From positions 51,894,001 through 51,958,000 of the forward strand of contig NC_043013.1 of the NCBI RefSeq assembly GCF_006345805.1: DNA of 64,000 bases, read 5' to 3'. Shown here piece after piece: positions 52,602 through 64,000 of the stretch. A program made the translations under genes and the position numbers. Below the pieces are notes generated by a model. The model saw nothing but the letters and a program-made list of their open reading frames with translations. It was not told where the DNA came from and did not search any database. Position 1 is the first letter of the stretch, and each line of letters starts with the position of its first letter. Source of the DNA: Octopus sinensis. Its lineage: Eukaryota.

Positions 52602-52884
52602 TGCGTGCGTGGTCTGTTCCGCAAAATCGCTTGACACCAATGCTGGTGTGTGTACGTTCCCGTAACTTAGCGGTTCGGCAACCGATAGAATAAGTATTAG
52701 GCTTACAAAGAATAAGTCCTGGGGCGATTTCGAGACTAAAGGCGGTGCTCCAGCATGGCCGCAGTCAATAACTGAAATAAGTAAATGAATAAACGAATAA
52801 AAGGATATATATATATAAATTAAATTAGAGATAAAACCACTATTAGGCAACTCTCTTAATATTATTATTATTATTATTATTATT

Positions 52885-52928
<44 letters not shown>

Positions 52929-52937
52929 TATATAATA

Positions 52938-53010
<73 letters not shown>

Positions 53011-53104
53011 AGAACACAAATGGGGTTAGAATCTCCGACAGTTGTTTCGGTAGAATTTTATTGACGTATTCATAAATTACACCATATTATATAATCCACA
53101 TATA

Positions 53105-53304
53105 CAGCAATCCCTCGATTATCACGGGTGTTACGTTCCAAACCCCCCGCTATAGAGGAAAATATTCAAACCAGAAACAGTACTGTACTGTATACTTTTT
53201 TATTATTTTCATGATTTTTATATATTTATTTTATTATAAATGCAAAACAACACCACATATAGTAAACTGCGATAGGAGAACCGCAATATGGCGAGGTATT
53301 ACTG
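53105..53304. mobile_element. pogo/Tigger-like MITE
   Basis: TA-CAGCAATCCCTCG ... CGAGGTATTACTG inverted termini. Confidence 0.6.
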
Positions 53305-53594
53305 TTATCTTCTATTACAGCCCCGGACAAAACAAGTTATTATGTATTGTATGAACACATCAACAAAATCCTCTCGAAACAGCTGTTGTTAATTTTAAAC
53401 CCATTCATGATGTTTTTCTATACTATCGCCGCACTCAGAAGCAGCCATGAGTGAGATCTATTGCTTAGATTGGATTTTATACTTACATATCTACAGTATC
53501 CTAGCAACACCTGATACATTTATGGTTGCTTTAACTCACTGTGAACCTTATCTTATGGTACTTAGTCATTTCCCGGCGTCTTCTATATAGGGTT

Positions 53595-53822
53595 CTCAAT
53601 ACTATTGAACATTTATGGTGAATTTTTGAAAAACAAGTAAGGAGTCGATATCCTCCACCATCATCACTACAAGATCTGGAGACTGTTTTAGCTGAAGAAT
53701 GGACAAAAATTCCTTTGAAAACAATTCAAGCTGTAATTACTGCCAAAGGTGGTCCTACCCCATATTAAAATTAATTTGTTTGAAATTTTAAGGTGTTTCC
53801 TTTATTTTGTCGAACCCCTGTA
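53595..53822 (+). mobile_element. Tc1 element 3' end (transposase C-terminus and right TIR)
   Basis: LNTIEHLW*IFEKQVRSRYPPPSSLQDLETVLAEEWTKIPLKTIQ-AVITAKGGPTPY*, then TIR ending ...GAACCCCTG-TA. Confidence 0.85.
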
Positions 53823-53827
53823 TATTC

Positions 53828-53990
53828 AACGGGCTTCTTTCAGTTTCCGTCTAGCAAATCCACTGACAAGACTTTGGTCAGCCCAAGGCTAGTAGAAGAT
53901 ACTTGGCCAAAGTGCTACGCTGTGTGATTGAACCTGGAACCATATAGTTGGGAAGCAAGTTTCTTACCACACAGCCACTCCTGCGCCTAT
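53828..53990 (-). mobile_element. SINE family A, 5' half
   Basis: Ends CCACTCCTGCGCCTAT. Confidence 0.85.
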
Positions 53991-55139
53991 ATGTGTGTGT
54001 GTGTGCCTCAACACAGCAAATCTATGAAGAGATTTTATCTCAGACAATTTCATAGCATCTTGCCTTCCAGCGGTGTATATACACTTTACTTGATACACAG
54101 ATGGCAATTTTAACGGAATGCTACTTCATTTGCGCAGTAATTCTATGGCAACCAGGTTGCATGGAATCGTTTACAGAATCACTTTTATATTGTTATGAAG
54201 AATACTCAGTAAGAATTCGCTATTATTTGTGGCATTATTTGTTCCAATGCGAAACATACCAGTCTAAGAGTGAGAACAATTTTAAAAGGTGCTAAAAAAA
54301 GATTTTTAAATTGTTCTTTTTTATCTCAGTTGGAGGTGGAATACATGAAACAGAATCTACCAACCATTATTAAAATCTTCCAATTCCTGGTAGTTATAAA
54401 AGGATCCTATAACAGAATCACGTGACTGTTCTTTTCTCATTTTTCTTTCTTTTTTTCCTTTCTGGTTATTTTTATTTGTGATTTTGTTTTATTTTTTTTG
54501 TATACAGCTTGTTCTAAGCTTTCTTCAATCTGTCATGGCTTACTAGTTCCGTACAGACGTTTAAATTGATTGAATAGAATATAATAAAATAAAGTGAGCG
54601 AATAAAAATGTATTACACGCATGTACATACATACAGACATGTATATGCATACATACAATATACATATGCATATACAGATAGGTATATACACATATATATA
54701 TGCACACATATAGACATATATATGCCTATATAACACCCACGCACACATGCGCACATGCATACACACACACGTACACACATACATATATGCAATCCTGTGT
54801 ACGAGGGTGCTGCCAAGTCGAAAAAAATAGCAATTAGAGCTAAATGGTTAAAGTTGTTCGGGAGATTTTAGTAGAATAAATGCAATTCTCTCCTCCACCG
54901 CCATTTGCCATTTGTCTAAGGACAGGGAGGGTGGAGTCTCAAAGACTCTAAGAATTGGTTTAATCGGAATAAATCTTTTTGCACCCTTACTGTAATGTAA
55001 CGCTAGTTTAATAAAATTAAAACTCTAAAGAAATTCTTGATACAACAAAAAATAACGTCCACCCACATTCAATTAAGGGTGCTTTACCATTTTCATGGTA
55101 GATGGGTGGAATAACCAAGAACAACAATGTGTTATGTAT

Positions 55140-55355
55140 TAGTTTTTCGTTTTGTTTTATTTTGTTTTTTCTTACTTCTTTCAATCATTGGACTGCAGCC
55201 ATTTTAATGCGGCATCTTGAAGGATTTTGGGTCGAGAAGATCGACTCAGTTACTTGTTTGAAGTCTGGTACTTACTCATTCCATCGGCCTCTGAGGGCAA
55301 ACCACTAAGTCAACAGGGGCACACATAAACACTCCAACACACACACACACACACA

Positions 55356-55448
<93 letters not shown>

Positions 55449-55720
55449 TCCTGAGCGTCCAATAATACTATATCTGTTCCACGTCCTCGCGTTGTTGTGT
55501 TTTTTTGTGCTTTCTTGTTTGGATTAACTATATATATATATATATATACGCACACACGACGGACTTCCATTCAGTTTCCGTCTATCAAATTCACTGATAA
55601 AGGCAATGTTTGGCCCAAGGCTATTGCGGAGGTCAGTTGCTCTAGGTGCTGCGCAGCGGGACTGAACCAACCCGAAGATACGTAGTTGCAAATGGATCTT
55701 CTTAATCATACACACAGCTA
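55140..55720 (-). mobile_element. SINE family A, strongly diverged, with expanded (CA)n(TA)n and a family G fragment inside
   Basis: TTACTTCTTTCAATCATTGGACTGCAGCC tail and CAGTTTCCGTCTATCAAATTCACT..GGGACTGAACC head. Confidence 0.6.
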
Positions 55721-55740
55721 AGCATGTGTTATACACAGGG

Positions 55741-56617
55741 TACGAGGGGATACCCGAAACAAACCGGAAGTTTGCAATATAATTCTATTCGCCTTCAAAT
55801 TATTCTCCATTTGAAGCAATGCATCGGTCCAGATGCCTTTTCCACTGTTCGAAGCAGTGTTGGAACTCTTGCGAAGTGATGCCTTTTAACGCCCCCGTCG
55901 GATTTTCTTTACCTCTTTCACTTCTGCAAAGTCCGTAGCACTAGTTTCGTCACCAATGATGACCTTCGATAAAAGGTTCGGATCAACTTCCAGCTGGTCT
56001 TTCAGTTCACGACACGCATTCAGCCGTGACTGCTTTTGATCTTCTGTGAGCAAGCGAGGCACAAATTTTCCTACAACTCTTTTCATTCGCAATTCCTCGC
56101 TCACAATTCGTTGGCAGGAGTTCCAGGACACACCAGTCATATCAACAAGTTCCTCAATTGTTGGTGATGGTCCCCCAAGATGAGTTCATGAATTTCCATG
56201 ATGTTTTCATTCGTTAGGGAGGTCGACGGTCGTCCTGATCGAGGTTGGTCTTCAGGCGACAACTGACCATTCCTAAAGCATGAAAACCACTCGTAAACTT
56301 GTGTTTTGCACATGGCAGCATTCTTGTAAGCTGTTTGAAGCATGACAACTGTTTCAGCTGCCGTTTTTCCCTGCAGAAAACAGAATTTCACGGAAGCATG
56401 CTGTTTCTTCGTTTCAGCCATCGCCAAAATCGAGGAACGGATGAGAAGCACTGCAAAAAAAAAACACCACATGGCAGTACGAGGTCAGAAGACGACACCG
56501 GTGGGCAGGACTAATGCCTGAGGGTCGCATAAAGTGGCTTCTAGCGGCTGAAGCCTAAAATACAACGGGTTTGTCCTCCGAGAACGTTTCTGGTTACTTT
56601 TGGTTAATCTCCTCGTA
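55741..56617 (-). mobile_element. Internally deleted mariner element (transposase pseudogene)
   Basis: MAETKKQHASVKFCF..KTQVYEWF..DQPRSGRPST (HTH), frameshift, KFVPRLLTEDQKQSR..IIGDET, then a jump to C-terminal FEQWKRHLDRCIASNGE; imperfect TIRs TA-CGAGGGGATACC / TAATCTCCTCG-TA. Confidence 0.9.
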
Positions 56618-56944
56618 ATCCGTACGCAAGATAATCTGAATGATGTAAATATAAGAAAACGCATGACCTTGTGCCGCATGACCTGATGTCCCAATCGCAT
56701 GGTCGTGGTTTCGATCGCCGGACCGGCTGGTGCGTTGCTTTCTTAATCAAAATACTTCGTTTCACGTGGTTGCAGTCAACTCCGCACTTAATGAGTAAAC
56801 CCAGCGACGGACCCGTGTGCCGTTTGGGGAGAATGCTATGATTTGGCTCACTTGCACACCTTGGAAGCCGGGCAAATGGCCCAATGAGTCCGAGGGATCG
56901 AGACCGTAACGTACGGAGGTTCTTCTTCATCTTCTTCTTGGTGG

Positions 56945-56957
56945 TGAGGATGATGAC

Positions 56958-56999
<42 letters not shown>

Positions 57000-57202
57000 A
57001 AGGAGGAGGAGGAGGAAGATGATGATGATGAGGAGGAGGAGGAGGAGGAGGAGGGGAGGAGGAAGATAAAGATGAAAATGAGGAGGAGGAGGACGACGAC
57101 GACGACGACAACGACAACGATGACGATGACGACGACGACGACGACGATGACGATGATGATGAGAATGACGACGACGATGATGATGAGGATGACGACGACG
57201 AC

Positions 57203-57242
<40 letters not shown>

Positions 57243-57279
57243 TTGATGATGATGTTGATGATGACGATGATGATGATGT

Positions 57280-57317
<38 letters not shown>

Positions 57318-57510
57318 TTGATGATGATGATGTTGATGATGATGATGATGATGTTGATGATGATGTTGATGATGACGATGATGATGATGTTGATGATGAT
57401 GATGATGATGATGATGTTGATGATGATGATGATGATGATGATGATGAGGAGGAGGAGGAGGAGGAGGATGAGGATGATGATTACGATGATGACGATGACG
57501 ACGACGACAA
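56945..57510. repeat. Compound (GAT/GAG/GAC)n tract
   Basis: Direct inspection; source of the poly-M ORF. Confidence 0.95.
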
Positions 57511-57529
57511 GAATGGTGATGATAGAAAT

Positions 57530-57900
57530 TAACGCCAGCGCAGTGCTTTTATCAAAACCTCTAAAATGTAAGAACAACAAGCCAGACATAATGATCGGAG
57601 ACGTGAGATGGAATTGGGATTACAATAGAAATGGTTATGCAACAGATTTTAACGTTTGAGGGATGAGGGATGAAGACACCAACGATGATGAAATGAGAAA
57701 TTGACAGAGGCTGCGTCTGGATCGTAACCGTAAATGTGTACCAGTAATTATTGGGGTTCTTCGTTATTTAACTGACTGCCTCAGTTCTGATCTTGGGAAT
57801 CTCACATTTCAAAGACTGGAAACCGTTTTGAAATTAAGAAATTATGGTTTCAAGCAATTAACAGAACTATGAAAGTATACGAAATATTCAGCCACAAGTG
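57530..57900 (+). mobile_element. Decayed RLE endonuclease region of a non-LTR retrotransposon
   Basis: KCKNNKPDIMIGD...CVPVIIGVLRYLTDCL resembles the KPD / V.P.IIGALG RLE motifs. Confidence 0.55.
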
Positions 57901-57965
57901 GGTAAACGCACTCACACACACATATGTGTGTGTATGCGCGTGTGTGTGTGTGCGCGCATATATAC

Positions 57966-58019
<54 letters not shown>

Positions 58020-58733
58020 ACATATATTATAATTACATAAATGTTGTATATGTATATATATGTACATATATATAATGTATGTATATATATATGTTGTATA
58101 TGTATATGTATATATATATGTATGTCGGATAATATATATATAATATGTATGTGTATATATATATATATATGTATGTATGTATATATATATATATATATGT
58201 ATGTATCTATATATTAGTATGTATATATATGTATATATACATATACATACATATATATATAATCCATATATATATACATACATATATAATATATATATAT
58301 TCGTAATATATATATATATATATATAATATATATATATATATATACTTTAATGTGCGTAATGAAGCCAGATTTAAAGCAATAAAAATATTTCAGAATAAA
58401 TCGAGTAAGTTACAGGTTTCTATCGAAACGCGCGCGTGCGCACACATACACACACACACACTTGCTAATGCTGTTGCTTTCTCAGTCCTCCGCCTCCAGT
58501 CTCATCCTTTCCCAAATTCTCATATCTCCCACTTAACATCAAATGGTGTAACCCTTAGCAACACTTGAGGAGAAGGAGGAGAATAATAATAATAATAATA
58601 ATAATAATGATGATGATGAATGATGATGATGATGACAACGACGACGACGACGACGACGATGATGATGATGATGATGATAAGAAGAAGAAGAAATAATAAT
58701 CATGGCAATGCAATGTAGAGCCACGATACTTCT

Positions 58734-58773
<40 letters not shown>

Positions 58774-58796
58774 GCATATACATATATATATATCTC

Positions 58797-58834
<38 letters not shown>

Positions 58835-58835
<1 letters not shown>

Positions 58836-59342
58836 TAGCAGTATCGCCGGCGTTGCTCGGGTTTGTAAGGGAAATAACTATATAAGCATTTTTAGAGAGT
58901 TACTTCCTTATAGATGCCAATTCGGGCTTTCTTAGCCATTTTGTTTTGGTGTCTTCAAGCCATGAAGTCGTTGTTCTAAAAGATAGCTGGTCTCCTTGAC
59001 AACGCTTTACGACGTTTGATTTCCTTACACTCCCTTCCCCACAGCTTCACGAGAGGGGGGAAGAAGGGGGAGAAGCAAACAGGTGCAGCTGTGAGCGTGG
59101 ACGCCAATCCGCCGCCATCGACACACGAAAAATTATGCATTAAAATGGAATAAAAAATGATGTAAATTATTTTAAATCGTAGACTCATTGTAGACGCGTG
59201 CTAATACTCAGACGGCTCGATATGAATCACGACTATAGATACCCGAATTTGGTTAAACTGCACCGCAAAATGTGGGAGTAGTTAGGAATCTAAATCGAAG
59301 GGGACAGACACTCACACAACTACAGTTTTATATATATACTAG
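58835..59342 (-). mobile_element. Third, diverged copy of the non-autonomous Helitron
   Basis: Colinear with 50069-50571; the 5'-TC end is replaced by another CTAGCAGTAT terminus. Confidence 0.8.
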
Positions 59343-59471
59343 CAGTATATATCCGTTTCCGGAAAATAAGTGCACAGTTATCTGCGGAATGGTCGAATTA
59401 ATTAAATGATATTAAAAAGCAATCAAAACAGCTTTGCTTCTTAGAAGGTTAGAGAATATATAATATATATA

Positions 59472-59522
<51 letters not shown>

Positions 59523-60417
59523 TATTGTAGAGCCACAGACAGAATGTATCTCTAAGTATAAATTAATGTGTGTGTGTGTGTATGCGTGTGTATGCGTGTG
59601 TGCATTCACATGTACACGCATCCAAAGATATAAGCGTCTCCTCTTTTCTGGGCAAAAAACCGCCTCACAAAATGAAGTTAACATATAAAAACTGCCTTTA
59701 ATATGATGTAAAAACAGGAAAAAGAGGTTTATTTATGTGGCAAGTTAGAAAAAAGACATGTAACCGATAGGGAATCATGAAGGAAAAGTAATATAGTGAA
59801 TGATTCCAAGTATTTTGAAGAGAATCTCATTAATCATGCAAAATTAAAATTCCTTCAAAAGCTTAACTTGTGACCGAGTTTGGCTTCCTAAGGCCATTCC
59901 ATTCCTGTAAGGCATTCAAGGTTACACGAAAGTAACTAAGCTAAAAACAGATCATTGACACAGTTATTCAACAACGGTTACGTGTTTGTACACAATGCGC
60001 AGTTGTCGTGATTCTGCTTTGCATTTAACTGAGATGAGATGTGTTTAATAGTTGACATAAAAAGGGATTCTTGCTTGAACATATAATGATAATACACATT
60101 GCTGAGTCGACTTTCACCACAGTATCTATGAACAGGCTGGCCCCAAAAATCACTGAGGGGTTGCAATTTTTTATAATTCTTTTATTTTTTGACATAATTT
60201 GAAGGCAGCTTACATACCCCGATATCAATTGATTTCATGCTGTGCATGAGAAAACAGGCTTTGCAATCATCAGTTAGAGATAGTAACATCTTTTGCTAAA
60301 ATATTCATTACGTCAACTCGTGTGCGTTTCTAACTTTAAACGTCCCGATCCGTTTAAAGAGAAAACTATCGTGTCTTGCTAGCCACCTCATTATTCTGTT
60401 TTTTAACAGTAATAATG

Positions 60418-60488
<71 letters not shown>

Positions 60489-60489
<1 letters not shown>

Positions 60490-60613
60490 TCTGTAAATGT
60501 AATATGTGACAATTATTCGGTAGCCATGATAAAACTCCGAGTTTCGGATGTCGGGGTGGAAACTCGGAGTTTTATCATGGCTATAGAAATTGTCACATAT
60601 TACATTTACAGAT
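60489..60613. repeat. 125-nt near-perfect hairpin from a repeat family also present at 48106-48240
   Basis: ATCTGTAAATGTAATATGTGACAATT..CATGATAAAACTCCGAGTTTC ... GAAACTCGGAGTTTTATCATG..AATTGTCACATATTACATTTACAGAT. Confidence 0.9.
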
Positions 60614-60684
60614 AAATTCCTCTATTTACATAATATCGAGGTCTCTTTCATTCTTTTGTTGTCTTACCATTTCTATCAATATAT

Positions 60685-60716
<32 letters not shown>

Positions 60717-60870
60717 TTGGTGAAATAGAAAGATGAATAATCTTGTTGCAGATTAATCAAAAGTTTAACCGATACCTTGGTAGCAAAAAACACAAGCAGA
60801 AGAAGCACGGTTGGAGTACAACCATATGGTGGTTGCAACCGTGCGTTGGTGCGGATAATTGAATTTTAAT

Positions 60871-61274
60871 ATTATTAGTGAATTGAAGAAATGGAGTTGA
60901 ACGAAGATGAACAGAAATCCTTTTATTGCATTCTACACGTGTTTCGAAAGCCACAAATTTACCAAATTCCGATTGAATAAGGAGAACCATATTGTGTCTT
61001 TCTCTTCAGGAAGAATAGGAATTCCGTTGGCAGAACAAAAACAAAACAGAGGCGCAGCAAAACAAATCGAACGAGGAGGCTCCTTAGAGCCCATGGCCAA
61101 CCCTCTGTTCTGTTTTTGTTCTGGCCAACGGAATTCCTATTTCTTCCTGAAGAGAAAGACACAATATGGTCTCCTTATTCAATCGGAATTTGGTATTGTG
61201 GCTTTCGAACACGTGTAGAATGCAATAAAAGGATTTCTGTTCAATCTTCGTTCAACTCCATTTCTCATTCCACT

Positions 61275-61280
<6 letters not shown>
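60871..61280. repeat. Foldback element (about 180-bp arms, 49-bp spacer)
   Basis: Arms 60871-61052 and 61102-61280 are reverse complements with few indels. Confidence 0.95.
60931..61012 (-). ncRNA. Type I hammerhead-like motif with long stem II (right-arm copy 61144-61220 lacks one A of GAAA)
   Basis: Minus strand TTC-CTGAAGA-GAAAGAC...GGCTTTC-GAA-ACACGTGT-A/GAA; palindromic stem III, GUA triplet; stem I is only 3 bp. Confidence 0.5.
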
Positions 61281-61342
<62 letters not shown>

Positions 61343-61347
61343 TATAT

Positions 61348-61419
<72 letters not shown>

Positions 61420-61978
61420 TATATATATAGATACATACATACACACAAGTAGATATCTATTTTACATATTCATACATAAATAAATATATTGTTTTTATAT
61501 ATTTACAAACAAATATACTTATACATATACATAGTTCAAATTTACAGAAAGCAAAAGACGAAGATAGGTGAGGGAACAACAAACTGGTGTATTAGTTTGA
61601 CGCTCAGGAAGAATGGAAAAGCCTTTGACATTTCGAGCCTACGCTCTTCGACAGAATAGTATGAATTTATTCTTTCCTCAACGCTTCTTTGTATCTCTAA
61701 GATCAAGTACTACATATTTTGAAATCTTCAACCCAATCATTTCTGCATCCCACCGAAATGCTCTCTTCACTCAAGATATTCGCATAAACGCCGGTCTATC
61801 GCGAAGTCACAAAACTGAACGTCAGCTACATTAAACTCAGCAGTGTGGGACGTCTTTCAAAAATACCTCCTTCTTCCAACTGCTCAATTAAAAAAAAAAG
61901 TTAATTAAATCATCGAAGCGAGTAAATGGGTGAATGGAGGATGGATACGTAGAAATGAAGGTGTATATATTATATATA

Positions 61979-62025
<47 letters not shown>

Positions 62026-62454
62026 ACCACTGCCCATGTTTCTATTTATTATATAACTAAATACTTTTATGCTATTTAATTGTTTTCCAATCTCTTCCTT
62101 TCTCTTTCCCTCTCTTCCTCTCTCCCTCTTTTTCTCCCTCTCTCTCTCTCCCTCTCGGGGTAATGATGCAATTATGCGGTCATAAAACTATTTAATACTG
62201 CCCCCCTCATTTCCCAGACGAATCAACTGTTGGATCACGTGGTTTCTCTGGTCTTCCTGCTGTTCTTGGCTGACATTGAAACATGCGTTAAATGTTGGAT
62301 TTTGAGGAAAAACACTATAAAATTACAATTGGTATTTCTTTTAATGCCAACCACGTCGAAGATTATATATGTGTATATATATGTATATATATATATATAT
62401 TATATAATATATATATAATGTATGTATATATATATATGTGTGTGTGTGGTGTGC

Positions 62455-62500
<46 letters not shown>

Positions 62501-62502
<2 letters not shown>

Positions 62503-62800
62503 AGGCGCAATGGCCAAGTGGTTAGGGCAGCGGACTCGCGGTCGTAGGATCGCGGTTTCGTTTCCCAGATCTGGCGATGTGTGTGTTTATTGAGCGAAAA
62601 CACCTGAAGCTCCACGAGGCTCCGACAGGGGGTGGTGGCGGTCCCTGCTGTACTCTTTCGCCACAACTTTCTCTCACTCTTTCTTCTGTTGGCCTGCTCG
62701 CTTAGCCAGCGGGGTGGCGTCATTTGAAGGCTAAAACAATGCGAAGCGCATTGTGACCAGCGATGTGTAGCAACATCTGATAGCCTGGTCGATCACGGTG
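62501..62800 (+). mobile_element. tRNA-derived SINE family D (second, 5'-truncated copy at 63228-63455)
   Basis: GGCGCAATGGCCAAGTGGTTAGGG (A box) ...GGTTTCGTTTCCC (B-box-like); body repeated at 63228. Confidence 0.85.
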
Positions 62801-62821
62801 ATATATATATATATATATGAA

Positions 62822-63105
62822 TAAATAAATAAATGGAGTTGAACGAAGATGTTAATAAAATTCTTTTAATTTCGACATATGTTTCGAAGACAACATGGTT
62901 TCCTTCCAAAGGAATAAACGGTGTAAGATGCAATCTTCTTATCAGGAAAGAAAGAGAGCCTCTCTCAACAACAAGACATTATAACAATTACATCGTTTAT
63001 TCCTTTGGAATAAAACCATATTGTCTTCGAAACATATGTCGAAAGTAAAAGAATTTTATGAACTCCATTAACTTGTTCAACTCTATTTATTTATTTATTT
63101 ATTTA
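62822..63105. repeat. Foldback element related to 60871-61280, with a degenerate hammerhead motif (minus strand 62870-62949)
   Basis: Shared AAATGGAGTTGAACGAAGATG end; minus strand TTTC-CTGATAA-GAAGA...TCTTC-GAA-ACATATGT-C/GAAA (G8 changed to A). Confidence 0.85.
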
Positions 63106-63714
63106 TTTATTCATCTATAACACACAAATTACTGCACATTAACCCGGAGTTTCTACCTTTGGATAGGTCGCTTCAACCGTGTTTCTAACGTGAATTTTGC
63201 TACCCTGGTAACGGTTCATTGAATTTTCCAGACCGGGCGTTGTGAGTGTTTATTGAGCGAAAACACCTAAAAGCTCCACGAGGCTCCGGCAGGGGGTGGT
63301 GATCCCTGCTGTACTCTTTCACCACTCTTTTTCCCACTCTTTCTTCTGTTGGCCTGCTCGCTTAGCCAGCGGGGTGGCGTCATTCGAAGGCTAAAACAAT
63401 GCGAACGCATTGTGACCAGCGATGTGTAACAACATCTGATGGTCTGGTCGGTCACATGATCACGTGATATATATATATATATATCACCGTGATATATATA
63501 TATATATATATATATGCATATATATATGTATGTATGTATATTTATCTATATGTACATATATAGATAGAAACATATACGTACATATATACACACACGCGCG
63601 CACACACATATAAATGCACACACACATATATGTATGTGTGTTCTCTTTGATTTAGAATAAATGTTGACCGTCCACCTGCTTAGAAGCAAGTTTGTGAAGG
63701 AAAACGTATTGTTT

Positions 63715-63960
63715 TGTTCATCAACCTTGAAATCTCTTGAAGGCCTTGCAGATTTTCATAGTACCAGATATCACGACCATTCGTAGTTTAGGAATTAAGG
63801 ATTTGTGTTCCCTCCCGCAAAACCCAAGTTCAGCCATACTTTTCTCCAGTCGGACCGTTCTGTACCTTGTAGCTCTAGTAATTACAGGCATGAAGCCGAA
63901 AGTCTGTCTTCGGTATTGGATCTGCAAACGCCTCATAAATGGTCCACAGATGTCTTCTTT
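63715..63960 (-). mobile_element. 3' end of an RLE-type non-LTR retrotransposon, decayed
   Basis: DICGPFMRRLQIQY...FMPVITRATRY..LGF...LIPKLRMVVISGTMKICKAFKRF* fits the RLE C-terminal pattern. Confidence 0.65.
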
Positions 63961-64000
63961 CTCTCGTATTTATATACATATATGTTCTTTTCTGTTTCCG

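Larger units (their letters stand above)
49677..52880 (+). repeat. Tandem duplication of an approximately 1.6-kb unit (49677-51270 and 51271-52880)
   Basis: Same order of unique sequence, Helitron, family G and SINE A in both units; boundaries in (ATT)n; differences are mostly 1-bp indels. Confidence 0.95.

Noticed and set aside
54800-54820. TACGAGGGTGCTGCC as a solo mariner TIR
   Set aside because: Too short, and no partner end or transposase sequence was found.

Overview
AT-rich, extremely microsatellite-dense animal DNA. The SINE families and repeat style suggest an octopod cephalopod (Octopus-like); this is an inference from recognition, not a database match. I cannot support any intact host protein-coding gene, rRNA, true tRNA gene or CRISPR array. 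Most listed ORFs are translations of (TA)n, (CA)n, (TATG)n, (AAT)n, (GGT)n or (GAT)n tracts. The window is a transposable-element graveyard: about 30 tRNA-derived SINE copies in 4 families; decayed LINE pieces (RTE, CR1, L1/Tx1, RLE/R4-like); a Ty3/gypsy remnant; Tc1/mariner remnants; hAT-, pogo- and Merlin-like MITEs; and non-autonomous Helitron- and Helentron-like elements. There is a 100-N gap at 32740-32839 and a 1.6-kb tandem duplication that looks like an assembly artefact. The most interesting signal is a set of foldback (long inverted-repeat) elements from at least 4-5 sequence-unrelated families. Each family carries a minimal type I hammerhead ribozyme motif (CUGANGA / stem II / GAAA / palindromic stem III / NUH) with its own compensating stems. 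One family also has a tRNA-like Pol III head, so it looks like a hammerhead-tailed SINE that may depend on Penelope-like elements. Ribozyme activity and novelty are untested.
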